Shown piece after piece: positions 48,401 through 59,654 of a stretch of 64,000 nucleotides of DNA. Below the pieces are notes generated by a model that saw nothing but the letters and a program-made list of their open reading frames with translations, did no database searches and had not been told where the DNA came from. The position numbers and the translations under genes were made by a program. How positions within the stretch are numbered: the stretch's first letter is position 1; each line of letters starts with the position of its first letter. Source of the stretch: Candidatus Cloacimonadales bacterium (GTDB lineage: Bacteria > Cloacimonadota > Cloacimonadia > Cloacimonadales > JAFGVF01); NCBI GenBank assembly GCA_963678315.1, contig OY782781.1:1088001-1152000 (forward strand), read 5' to 3'.

Positions 48401-51016
48401 GATGCTTCAGTAGATACTGATTTAACTGTTACATTAAATTGGAACAGCTCAGCTTCTGCTGATGAATACAAAGTTTACTTTGCTACAAGTGAAGATTTAT
48501 CTGCTGTTACTCCTGTTGTTCAAACAGAAACTTCTTATGAAGTTAGTGACTTAGACTACGCAACTACTTATTATTGGATGGTTGTTCCTTCTAATATTAT
48601 TGGTGATGCTGAAGGTGCTGAAACATGGTCTTTCACTACTATGGAATCTCCATTCCCAGCAGCTGACCTTGTTTTTGATGGTGAAAGATCTACTAATCAG
48701 AATATGCCAATAGAACCATTTTATGGTTATACATTAACACAAAATATCTACTTACAGTCAGAACTAAATATTGAAAATCATGCTATCTCAGAGATTTCTT
48801 ATTTATACAACAATAATAGTGCTTGGACTGATAATGTAATTATTTATATGGGTCATACTTCAAAAACTGAATTTGAAAGTACTACTGACTGGATAAATAC
48901 TGATTTAACTGAAGTGTTTAATGGTGATTTTACTACAACTACTGATAATCCAGTTGTTAACATTTCTTTAAGTACACCATTTGTCTATAATAACAGCGAT
49001 AATTTAATCGTTTGTGTATTTGAAAACTCTTCAGGTTATCATGCAAGCAATGATGAATTCTATAACTTCTCAGTATCTAGTAATAGATCACTAAACTACA
49101 AGAACGATTCAACTAATCCTTATACATTAGGTTTTGATGCTTTACCAACTGGTACTTTAAAACCTTATCTTCCTGTTACTGGTTTCAACTTCCAAGAAGT
49201 CTCTGCAGAGCCTCAATTTACAGCAAGTTCTGATACTTTATTCTTTGTTGACCAAATTATGAATACTGTAAGTGGTATCCAGAACCTAGTAATTAGTAAC
49301 TTAGGGCTTGGTGATTTAACTATTAACTCAGTAGCATTAGCTGGTGCAAATGCTGTAGAGTTTGATTTAACAGATGAAAATGCGTATCCTGCAACATTAG
49401 CTACTTCAGAAATATTGACAGTTTCTCTTGTTTATAGTCCAGAAACTGCTGGTGACCACCTTGCAACAATAGAAATTGTCGATGGTGATAATACAAGTCA
49501 TATAGTTGAATTAGTTGGTAATTCAATAGATACAAATATCTATGAAACTGATTTACCTTATTCTAATGGTTTTGAAGAAGAGACTAGTCTTCTAGGTTGG
49601 ACTTCTGTTGTTGAATCAACTTCAGATTATGCATCACTAGAACTTACAACTTCATCTTCTTATATCCATTCTGGTTCAAAAGCTATGAAACTATATAACT
49701 CTGGTGATATTGATGCTAACTTATCTCTTACATCTCCAATAATTGTTCCTGATTTTGATGGTTATAGATTAAAATTCTGGGCTAGAAGTAATTCAACTAG
49801 TAGATTAGTTATATCTACTATTGATCAAGCTATGGAAAATACAACATTAATAGATACTATTGATGTTACTTCTACATATACTGAATTCTTATATGATTTC
49901 CCTATAGTTAGAGCTAACACTAGATTAGTATTTACTCCAGTATTTACATCTACTTATAATAGTGTTTATCTTGATGATATCAGTTTTACAGCTACACCAT
50001 TAGTAGCTATCGCAGAAGTAAGTGAAAATCAACTTGCTTTTGGTGATGTTCCTGTTGAAGATACTTCATCATCTCAAACTGTTACTATTACTAATATTGG
50101 TGCAAGTATTCTTAATGTTAACAATATTGAAATTATTGGTGATGATGCAGAAATGTTCTCATTCTCTACAGAAGAAGAAGCTTCAACTGCTCTTGCTAGT
50201 CAAGAAAACTTAGAAATATCAGTTACTTTTATTCCTTCATCAGAAGGTGAAAAGACTGCAACATTAGTTATAACTGATGATTTAACTAGAACAGCTCATA
50301 ATGTTACTCTTACAGGTAATGGTTGGGTTATTCCTGCTGGTACAGATTGTTCTGATCCTTTAGCTTTAACACTTCCTGCTGTTGATGTTACTGGTAATAC
50401 AGGTGACTATGGTGATGATTATAGTTCAGCTATGGTTTCTCCTTCATCAAGTTACCTTAATGGTGACGATGTTGTTTACCAATTCACAGTTAATACAGAT
50501 GTAACTCTTGATGGTACAATTACAACCACTGGTTCTTGGATGGGTGCATTTATTCTTGCAGACGAACCAAATGCAACTACACCGGCTGCTGTTGAAATTC
50601 AAAAAACTACATCAGGAACTAGCTTAACATACTCAGCAGAAGCTTTACCGGCTGGTACTTATTTCTTGATCATATCAACTTACCCAACTCCTCAAGCAAT
50701 TGATTATACTATCAACTTAACTGCTACTCCAGTAGTAACCCAACCAGATACTCCTGTAGATTTCGTAATCGAAAGCTCAGAAGCTGGTATGGTTCTAACA
50801 TGGAATGAAGTTGAAGGTGCTACAACTTATAAAGTTTATGGATATGAAAGCCCTAGTGCTATTCCAGTTGACTTAACAAATGAAACACCTATAGCACAAG
50901 TTGAAACTGAAACTTACACATACACAGAAGATGCTCCTATGATGTTCTTCAAAGTTATTGCATCTACAGATGAAATGACTTCTGCAAAAACAATTAGAAG
51001 AGCTAGAAGAAACTAA
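45440..51016 (+). CDS. Giant secreted/surface protein, paralog of 39062-44998
   Basis: Signal peptide; DSYGDGWNG; same modules; same YTEDAPMMFFKV..KTIRRARRN end. Confidence 0.85.
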   Translation: MKKHLFLLIFVIFSITSIFSLTYTLSLADSYGDGWNGGSIDVLVNDVVVIDDATISSGNSYTETFEVNGLDVITTAYTAGSWGSENSYQILNETGTVVAESGQSGIPSDVEYTVPEVIAGTPDVPTVLGPSNNSQNLALDTTIEWTTGENTELVKLYFSENADLTDAIIVNPATTPYVPTLENNVTYYWKLVAVGPTNIEVETQIYNFTTEYGMVELPYSENFDDISFNETPAGWSFINTSTSTYAWINVKDIAPFNGSNHVRMYNSYYTDVELAAVTPKVVFDGNRVRFQAQADDTDVSVVVGYMTDPSNLETFTEITTFNLTAEYASYNVALPSNVTDGYLAFRHGMTANYQTLDIDDVNIEEIPSTPIAQIATDDLDFGSSVLNETSEAQDVTLTNIGGGTLNVSSVTITGTNADQFLVSDNSDYALEANESMVASVSYNPTLAGQHTATLEITDDLDTYQIALTGQGVDTNIYEINIPYTQDFETEEGFLGWTSNINSTSDYASAERYSSSYSANNGTYSFKFYNSSDTDAVCDLVSPVIVPDMDAYRVKFFAKGDGSIVVGKLNTSDEFTFVDSLDLNSTYTEYTVNMEVSRANERLVFRTTFDSSSDYVYLDDVLFEEAPEGSLVTISPDSHDFESKMINSESAPITFTISNDGVIASEITEISINGEGFVLSHEIESFSYLLEPNTSIDVQVAFAPEAIMNYNAQLVVKEATSNPFVPNVYTSDLTGQGLDNQGNDHTNPFVMSLADTIVVTGNTEDFENTYSWATSPSVVYSITLEETQLMSVSLEGTSWDTKLWIFNSTEQIESATVGADAWYFNDDEGSASTGGRKDRTRATWSKMNDTFTPAGTYYIVVTGYNSNSGEYTCTVVTSEVPAPQYTTNPTPADSLTGVPTAQLLSWSNPEYTETIDLWFGTEGNMNLVLDNVDAVEEYQPTELTSNTTYQWKVIARNFNGQTPADSVATWSFTTIGQAPDPVAYTSPADASVDTDLTVTLNWNSSASADEYKVYFATSEDLSAVTPVVQTETSYEVSDLDYATTYYWMVVPSNIIGDAEGAETWSFTTMESPFPAADLVFDGERSTNQNMPIEPFYGYTLTQNIYLQSELNIENHAISEISYLYNNNSAWTDNVIIYMGHTSKTEFESTTDWINTDLTEVFNGDFTTTTDNPVVNISLSTPFVYNNSDNLIVCVFENSSGYHASNDEFYNFSVSSNRSLNYKNDSTNPYTLGFDALPTGTLKPYLPVTGFNFQEVSAEPQFTASSDTLFFVDQIMNTVSGIQNLVISNLGLGDLTINSVALAGANAVEFDLTDENAYPATLATSEILTVSLVYSPETAGDHLATIEIVDGDNTSHIVELVGNSIDTNIYETDLPYSNGFEEETSLLGWTSVVESTSDYASLELTTSSSYIHSGSKAMKLYNSGDIDANLSLTSPIIVPDFDGYRLKFWARSNSTSRLVISTIDQAMENTTLIDTIDVTSTYTEFLYDFPIVRANTRLVFTPVFTSTYNSVYLDDISFTATPLVAIAEVSENQLAFGDVPVEDTSSSQTVTITNIGASILNVNNIEIIGDDAEMFSFSTEEEASTALASQENLEISVTFIPSSEGEKTATLVITDDLTRTAHNVTLTGNGWVIPAGTDCSDPLALTLPAVDVTGNTGDYGDDYSSAMVSPSSSYLNGDDVVYQFTVNTDVTLDGTITTTGSWMGAFILADEPNATTPAAVEIQKTTSGTSLTYSAEALPAGTYFLIISTYPTPQAIDYTINLTATPVVTQPDTPVDFVIESSEAGMVLTWNEVEGATTYKVYGYESPSAIPVDLTNETPIAQVETETYTYTEDAPMMFFKVIASTDEMTSAKTIRRARRN

Positions 51017-51040
51017 ATAAATAAACTAACAATATAAAAG

Positions 51041-51071
51041 AAAGCGCAGACCTTGAGGTTTGCGCTTTTTT
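51041..51071 (+). terminator. Rho-independent terminator
   Basis: AGCGCAGACC-ttga-GGTTTGCGCT-TTTT. Confidence 0.9.
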
Positions 51072-51129
51072 GCTTCAACTACATTTTGCTCAGATATGTG
51101 TGCTTCTAGCCTTGAAACTGTCTGTTAAT

Positions 51130-51206
51130 CCTAACTCCACTCCTAACTGCCTATGTCCCCTTGCCCTACCTGCATAAAAAGGCAATTTAATGCAGGAGCC
51201 AGTAAG
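51130..51206 (+). repeat. Dispersed hairpin repeat, family E
   Basis: CTAACTCC..GCCTATG..CCTGCATAAA..TTAATGCAGG..AGTAAG resembles 5281-5341 and 22085-22150. Confidence 0.55.
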
Positions 51207-51442
51207 ATTAAAAGGCATATTCAGACGAAGTACATTGATTTTTTACTAAATATTTTACTTGAATTTTAATATAGGCCAGCCTTGTTTTGTTACTTGAAAA
51301 ACTAAAAAACAACTACAAAATGTTGAAATATAAAAATATTATCATATATTTTTAAAGTCTATAAATACATGATATTTATAGTGATAAATAAATATAAAGT
51401 CGGCATATCTAAAATAAAAACATAAAAAGATTAAAATAAGTA

Positions 51443-51534
51443 TTGACAAGAAAGCAGGCTCTTATAGTTTAACACAACCGATGCACGGGAGCTAAGGAAA
51501 CGAAGCGACAGAGCAGAGGTAATGATCTTTGAAA
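51443..51534 (+). promoter_or_regulatory. rRNA operon promoter and boxA antiterminator
   Basis: TTGACA at 51443 after an A-rich UP-like tract; TGATCTTTGAAA at 51523. Confidence 0.6.
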
Positions 51535-51609
51535 GTTAAATTAAAAGTTTTTATAGAGTGAGAGAATGAATGTGAACTTGCGAGAGACAGAGAAAAACGA
51601 TTTTTATTA

Positions 51610-53145
<1,536 letters not shown>

Positions 53146-53234
53146 TAAAGGAGAAATGTTTCTCGACGAGTTCACTTTCATTCTTTCATGATTATAGGGA
53201 CTTTTTTAATCTATATAGTTTCTGATTAAAATAT

Positions 53235-53311
<77 letters not shown>

Positions 53312-53316
53312 GTTGT

Positions 53317-53392
53317 GGGGGATTAGCTCAGTTGGGAGAGCACCTGCTTTGCAAGCAGGGGGTCAACGGTTCGAGCCCGTTATTCTCCACCA
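53317..53392 (+). tRNA. tRNA-Ala(TGC)
   Basis: GGGGGAT/ATTCTCC acceptor stem with G3:U70, TT-TGC-AA loop, encoded CCA. Confidence 0.97.
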
Positions 53393-54562
53393 TATTTTTT
53401 TATCAAAGGAAACTAAGATGTTTAAACAGTAAATAGAGTGTAATATAGAGTGTGTAAGATTTTTTTTTGTAAGAGCAAAAGAGCACATGGTGGATGCCTT
53501 GGCACCAAATGGCGATGAAGGACGTGGTTAACTGCGAAAATCTTCGGTGAGCTGTAAGCAAGCTTCGACCCGGAGGTATCCGAATGGGGCAACCCGGCAC
53601 AAGTAATGTTGTGTCATCCGGTTTACCGGAGGCGAACGAGGGGAACTGAAACATCTAAGTACCCTCAGGAAGAGAAAGTAAAAACGATTTCCTAAGTAGC
53701 GGCGAGCGAACGGGGAAGAGCCTAAACCAGTTGAATAACTGGGGTTGTGGGACTACAATGTAGAGAAGTAATTGATAGACGAATTGATCTGGGAAGTTCA
53801 ACCAGAGAAGGTGAAAGTCCTGTAGTTAAAATTGATTACCATCTTAGTAGCATCCCGAGTAGGTCGGAACACGAGAAATTCCGATTGAATCTGCGAGGAC
53901 CATCTCGTAAGGCTAAATACGTTTGGTGACCGATAGTGAAACAGTACCGTGAGGGAAAGGTGAAAAGGACCCCAGAAGGGGAGTGAAATAGAACCTGAAA
54001 CCGTGTGTTTACAAGCAGTCAGAGCTTAATAGCGATGGCGTGCCTTTTGCATAATGAGCCAACGAGTTAATCTATTCAGCGAGGTTAAGTTTTACAGAAA
54101 TGTAGCCGAAGCGAAAGCGAGTGTTAATAGCGCGTTAAGTTGATTGGATTAGACCCGAAACCGGGTGATCTACCCATGACCAGGTTGAAGGCAAGGTAAC
54201 ACTTGCTGAAGGACCGCACCAACTAATGTTAAAAAATTAGTGGATGAGTTGTGGGTAGGGGTGAAAGGCCAAACAAACCCGGAGATAGCTGGTTCTCTTC
54301 GAAACATATTTAGGTATGGCCTCAGGCAAAAGTTTATAGGAGGTAGAGCACTGAATGGGCTAGGGGACTCACCAGTTTACTGAACCCAATCAAACTCCGA
54401 ATGCCTATAAATGATACCTGGGAGACAGCCCGTGGGGGATAAGCTTCACGGACGAAAGGGAAAGAACCCAGACCACCGGCTAAGGTCCCCAATTTTATGC
54501 TAAGTGAGAAAGGATGTTTAATTGCATAGACAGCCAGGATGTTGGCTTAGAAGCAGCCACCA

Positions 54563-54596
<34 letters not shown>

Positions 54597-54645
54597 GTAA
54601 TGCACCGAAGATGATCGGGACTAAAGCATAGAACCGAAGCCGTGG

Positions 54646-54961
54646 CCCAGCACTTATTTATATTTTTTTTAGGAGTTCGTATGTACTATGTTTATGTGTT
54701 AATAAGTAGAAGTAAAGAGAAATTGTATATAGGATATACATCAAATTTACAACAGCGAGTTAAACAACATAATAGTAAACATAAAGGATATACTAATAAC
54801 GACATATGGGATTTAGTATATTATGAAGCATACTACTCAGAGAAAGATGCAAGACAACGTGAGCAAAAACTCAAACAACATGGAAACAGTAAGAGATTTT
54901 TGAAAGAACGTATAAGTAATAGTATTGAAACAATCTAAAAAAAATACAAATAAGTGCTGGG
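54646..54961 (+). mobile_element. 23S rRNA intervening sequence (IVS) at helix 45
   Basis: AT-rich 316-bp insert between ACCGAAGCCGTGG and GGTAGAAGAGCATTC; 27-bp terminal inverted repeat with one mismatch. Confidence 0.92.
54681..54938 (+). CDS. GIY-YIG nuclease family protein (85 aa) encoded in the 23S IVS
   Basis: AGGAG then ATG; YVYVL..LYIGYTSNLQQRVKQHN..LVYYE..ARQREQKLK. Confidence 0.9.
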   Translation: MYYVYVLISRSKEKLYIGYTSNLQQRVKQHNSKHKGYTNNDIWDLVYYEAYYSEKDARQREQKLKQHGNSKRFLKERISNSIETI

Positions 54962-55669
54962 GGTAGAAGAGCATTCTGAACAGCGACGAAGATTAACTGT
55001 GAGGTTAGTTGGAGCGTTCGGAAGAGACGATGTTGGCATGAGTAACGATAATGTGAGTGAGAAACTCACACACCGCAAGTCCAAGGTTTCCTCAGTAAAG
55101 ATAATCTTCTGAGGGTAAGCCGGCCCCTAAGGCGATGCCGAACGGCGCAGCTGATGGGAACCAGGTTAATATTCCTGGGCCTGTTATAATGAGTGATGGA
55201 GTGACGCAGTAATGCTGCACAGACTACTGTTGGATTAGTAGTTGAATGTATGTAGGAGACTTTATAGGCAAATCCGTAGAGTCAATCCGAGGTACAGGAC
55301 GATAGCATAGCTAATAAAGTGTGTTTATAGGACTGCCGAGAAATAGCTTCTAAACGTTGAATTATAACAGACCGTACCCTAAACCGACACAGGTGGACGA
55401 GGAGAGTATCCTCAGGTGTTCGAGAGAATTCTGGTTAAGGAACTAGGCAAAATGACCCCGTAACTTCGGGAGAAGGGGTGCCACGTTAGTGTTAGTATGT
55501 ACAATACAAAGCATGAAGTGGCCGCAGTGAAGAGGCCCAAGCGACTGTTTATCAAAAACACAGGTCTGTGCGAAGAAGTAATTCGAAGTATACAGACTGA
55601 CACCTGCCCGGTGCTGGAAGGTTAAATGGAGAGGTTAGCTTAATTGCGAAGCTTTGAAATGAAGCCCCA

Positions 55670-55757
<88 letters not shown>

Positions 55758-55824
55758 GGGCACTGTCTCAACCAGGAACTCGGTGAAATTGTAATAGCGG
55801 TGAAGATACCGCTTACCCGCGAAC

Positions 55825-55855
<31 letters not shown>

Positions 55856-56194
55856 TCTTGGCATTGTACATTGGTTTAGTATGTGTAGGATAGGTGGGAG
55901 GCTATGACTCATGGTCGCTAGATTGTGATGAGCCGTTGTTGAAATACCACCCTTATTAAATTGATTTACTAACGATATGAAAACATATCGGACATTGCCA
56001 GGTGGGCGGTTTGACTGGGGCGGTCGCCTCCTAAAAAGTAACGGAGGCTTACCAAGGTTCCCTCAAGATGGTTGGTAATCATCTGCAGAGCATAAAGGTA
56101 TAAGGGAGCTTGACTGCGAGACTGACGGGTCGAGCAGGTAGGAAACTAGGTCTTAGTGATCCGGCGGTTCTGAATGGAAGGGCCGTTGCTCAAA

Positions 56195-56227
<33 letters not shown>

Positions 56228-56283
56228 ACCGCCCAAGAGTTCATATCGACGGCGGTGTTTGGCACCTCGATGTCGGCTCAACT

Positions 56284-56334
<51 letters not shown>

Positions 56335-56337
56335 AGT

Positions 56338-56384
<47 letters not shown>

Positions 56385-56502
56385 TTCGTGGGCGTAGGAG
56401 ATTTGAGAGGATCTTCATTTAGTACGAGAGGACCGGTGTGGACGAACCTCTGGTGTATCGGTTGTGGCGCCAGCTGCATTGCCGAGTAGCTAAGTTCGGA
56501 AC

Positions 56503-56535
<33 letters not shown>

Positions 56536-56694
56536 AACCTCAAGATTAGATCTCCCCTTAGAGTCATTGGAGACTACAATGTATATAGGTCACAGGTGTA
56601 CGCATAGCAATATGTTCAGCCGAGTGATACTAATAACTCGATCGTCTTACTTATTAAATTTTATACACTCTATAGCTTTATTTATTATGAATAA

Positions 56695-56717
56695 GGATTG
56701 TAAGCATCTTGCTTACG
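56695..56717 (+). repeat. Single family D REP in the 23S-5S spacer
   Basis: GGATTGTAAGCATCTTGCTTACG. Confidence 0.7.
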
Positions 56718-56779
56718 AACTTACATATTAATAAATGAAGTAAAAAACACTAATATAAATCATTTTTGGCAAGGGTCAA

Positions 56780-56897
<118 letters not shown>

Positions 56898-57035
56898 TTG
56901 ACCCTTGCTTTTTTACGTAAGTAAAAACAAGGCAAAGAGCATAAATCATGTAATCTACTTCATGAGCTTTAGCTCATAAATAATATTAAGCTCTTTGACC
57001 CTTGCTTTTTTTACGTATATAAAATTGGTACATCT

Positions 57036-57295
57036 ATCTTTTACCCAGCACTGAAGTACTGGGCTTTGGAAAGAATAACCCTTTCAGGGTAGAAAGAACC
57101 TGGTGTTCGTCCCACAGGACAATTATTAATGTCTTTGATTTTATAAAAATTTTCATTCATACATTTGCATGTATTCATAATACACACGGTTGTGTGTATC
57201 TACAGAAGATTATAGTCTGGAAAAAGACAGTTCTGACATCTTTTACCCAGCACTGAAGTACTGGGCTTTGGAAAGATTAACCCTTTCAGGGTAGA
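57036..57295. repeat. Two 58-bp direct repeats, structural variant of family A
   Basis: TTTTACCCAGCACTGAAGTACTGGGCTTTGGAAAGA.TAACCCTTTCAGGGTAGA at 57036-57093 and 57238-57295. Confidence 0.88.
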
Positions 57296-57323
57296 GAGAA
57301 AAAGAGAAAAAGCAAATAACAAA

Positions 57324-59591
57324 TTATGGTTTTAATTGTAATGCTCCATTACGTCCACTAATCCAGATGGCTGTATTAAGAGAATTGAAGTTAGAAATAA
57401 CATCAGGATCAGGTAAATTAAATTTATTTGGAATAGACGTTGGGATAAACACATTTGTAGGTCTTACTTCATTTAAGAAATTTTGTGAGCTACTGGTAAT
57501 GCTTCCGTGATGGGGACATTTAAGAAAGTCAGTTTTAAGATAATCGGCATAGTTATTAACAAGATAGTCTTCAGCATCTTTCTCAATATCTCCAGTAAAG
57601 AGAAAAGAAGTATCACCGATTGTAATTTTAGCAACAATGGACATATTATTTGGATTTGAGGAATGGTAATGTTTATCAGGATGTAGGATTTTAACTCTGT
57701 TATCCATTATAGATAAAGTGTCAGTGACTAAATGTATTTCAGTATCATGGCTGATTTTTGACAAAGCTTCTTTCAATTCTTTAGTATAAAAAGATTCATC
57801 TGTAAGATATATATTCTGAACTTGTAAGTTCTTAATAAGTTCAGGTAAACCTCCATAGTGATCTTCATGAGCATGGGTAATGATTATGTTATTAACTGTG
57901 TTTATATGCTTTCTGATTAAGTATGGTAACAAAGCAGATTTAACGACTTTATAACTTTGAACATTTGATCCTGTATCAATAATTAAGTTCTGTCCATCTG
58001 GGAATTTAATGAATGAACAGTCAGCTTTTCCTGAAGCAAAGAAGATAACTTGAGAAGTTTTATCAAAGAAATGCGACCAGAAGACCAGATAGAATAAAAC
58101 AATAAAACTAATGGATAAGAGTATTTTAAGCATAAATCTCTTTTTGAAAGTAAAGAAGATTAAGAAAAATGCTATTAGAGATGTTGTTAGTTCTATAGGG
58201 TTTATAGAAATATTGCTAAGAAATAATGGAAGATGTGCAAAGAATTCAAGAAGTTTGTTGAAACTTTCTACTAAAAAATCGAAAGCACTAGTTAGGTTAT
58301 GAGAAATAATCAAGTCTGAAGGTATCATTAGTTGAAGCAAAATAATGCTAATAATTAGTGTAATTAGTGGAGTTGCCAGGATATTAGTTATAATAGCATT
58401 AAATGATATCTGATTAAAGTAGAGAGCAGATAAGGGAGCAATTAAAATTATTACAGATAATGAGTAAATTAAGTATGAAATAATTGGGTTTAGGCAAGTT
58501 AGTCTTTTTTGTGTAATTGCAACTTTTGGTAATAAATATCTATCAGCTATCCATAATGAGATGAATGCAGTAAGAGATAAGTGAAGTCCAACAGAAAAGA
58601 TATTATTGGGGTTAACTATAGTTATGGTAAACAAGGTAATAGAAATAAGCTGAAGGAATGATATTTTTCTTTGCAGGATATGTGTTAGGTTGAAAATTAT
58701 TAGAATGATGACAGTTCTAGTTACAGAAGGTGACCAATTACAGAGATAGGAATATAATAAGAGAATGGGGATGGTAGATATTCTAACAATTTGACGCTTT
58801 AAGAAGATTCCTAGCAGTGTTGATAAGATAAGGTAAATTATTCCAACGTGGAGTCCTGATACTGCAAAAAGATGAAGAACACCAAGCTTTGATAAAGTAT
58901 CTGAATCTAAATCTAAGTAAGATTTCTCTCCAAGAAAGATAGCAAAAGCATAAGCGAAGTTATCAGGGTAAAGTTGTTTGATTTTAGTTATGGTTGTATA
59001 TTTAAATTTTTCTAAAGGGGAGGTTTGGCAAGACTTATAGCTTACTAATCCATAAGGATAGCCTGTGAAATCTATTCCTTGTCTGTGATAATACTGGTTG
59101 AAGTTAAATTCTCCAGGATTCTTTGGCCTGGAAATTAAAGACAAAGAGATGGGGGCTTTATATTTATGACCCAGTTTTAGTGTATCAGGTAACCGGTAAA
59201 TAAGAGCTTTAGCGTTTTTGATATTTGTATTGGCAACGTTATCAATATCCACTAGATAGTAAGTCTTCTTTTTTATAGAAGTTTGTTTCTTAGATAATAC
59301 CTTAAATTCTACTAATTGCTGAATACTTTTATTCTCTGATATATAATTTTGTAGTTCATTAGTTTTGTGGTGGTTGAAATAGTCAGTGTAGGACCAAGCT
59401 AATAGTAAAAATAGAAGAAATATGCAATAATGAGATATTCTCTTTACTAGGAATGAGGTAACTAGCAATAATGCTGTGAGGTAGTAAAGAAGATTAGGAA
59501 AACTAGAATAATCAGAGATAATGATGCCAACAATCCAACAAATTAAGGGTATTAAAAGATTATGTCTCTTAGTTTGAATTGATTTAAGCAC
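57324..59591 (-). CDS. comEC: DNA internalization competence protein ComEC/Rec2
   Basis: NPGEFNF, HLFAVSGLHVG, many TM helices, THAHEDHYGG, FTGDIE, HHGS. Confidence 0.95.
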   Translation of the reverse strand: MLKSIQTKRHNLLIPLICWIVGIIISDYSSFPNLLYYLTALLLVTSFLVKRISHYCIFLLFLLLAWSYTDYFNHHKTNELQNYISENKSIQQLVEFKVLSKKQTSIKKKTYYLVDIDNVANTNIKNAKALIYRLPDTLKLGHKYKAPISLSLISRPKNPGEFNFNQYYHRQGIDFTGYPYGLVSYKSCQTSPLEKFKYTTITKIKQLYPDNFAYAFAIFLGEKSYLDLDSDTLSKLGVLHLFAVSGLHVGIIYLILSTLLGIFLKRQIVRISTIPILLLYSYLCNWSPSVTRTVIILIIFNLTHILQRKISFLQLISITLFTITIVNPNNIFSVGLHLSLTAFISLWIADRYLLPKVAITQKRLTCLNPIISYLIYSLSVIILIAPLSALYFNQISFNAIITNILATPLITLIISIILLQLMIPSDLIISHNLTSAFDFLVESFNKLLEFFAHLPLFLSNISINPIELTTSLIAFFLIFFTFKKRFMLKILLSISFIVLFYLVFWSHFFDKTSQVIFFASGKADCSFIKFPDGQNLIIDTGSNVQSYKVVKSALLPYLIRKHINTVNNIIITHAHEDHYGGLPELIKNLQVQNIYLTDESFYTKELKEALSKISHDTEIHLVTDTLSIMDNRVKILHPDKHYHSSNPNNMSIVAKITIGDTSFLFTGDIEKDAEDYLVNNYADYLKTDFLKCPHHGSITSSSQNFLNEVRPTNVFIPTSIPNKFNLPDPDVISNFNSLNTAIWISGRNGALQLKP

Positions 59592-59654
59592 TTATACCTC
59601 CAGACGCCTATTTCTTCATTAAACATGAAGAAGTCATATAAAAAAAGCTATTAC

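Noticed and set aside
27959..51016. Diversity-generating retroelement acting on the surface proteins
   Set aside because: No reverse transcriptase gene and no template/variable repeat pair with adenine-specific differences was seen
54646..54961. Group I or group II intron in 23S
   Set aside because: The ORF and terminal stem account for nearly all 316 bp, leaving no room for a ribozyme core
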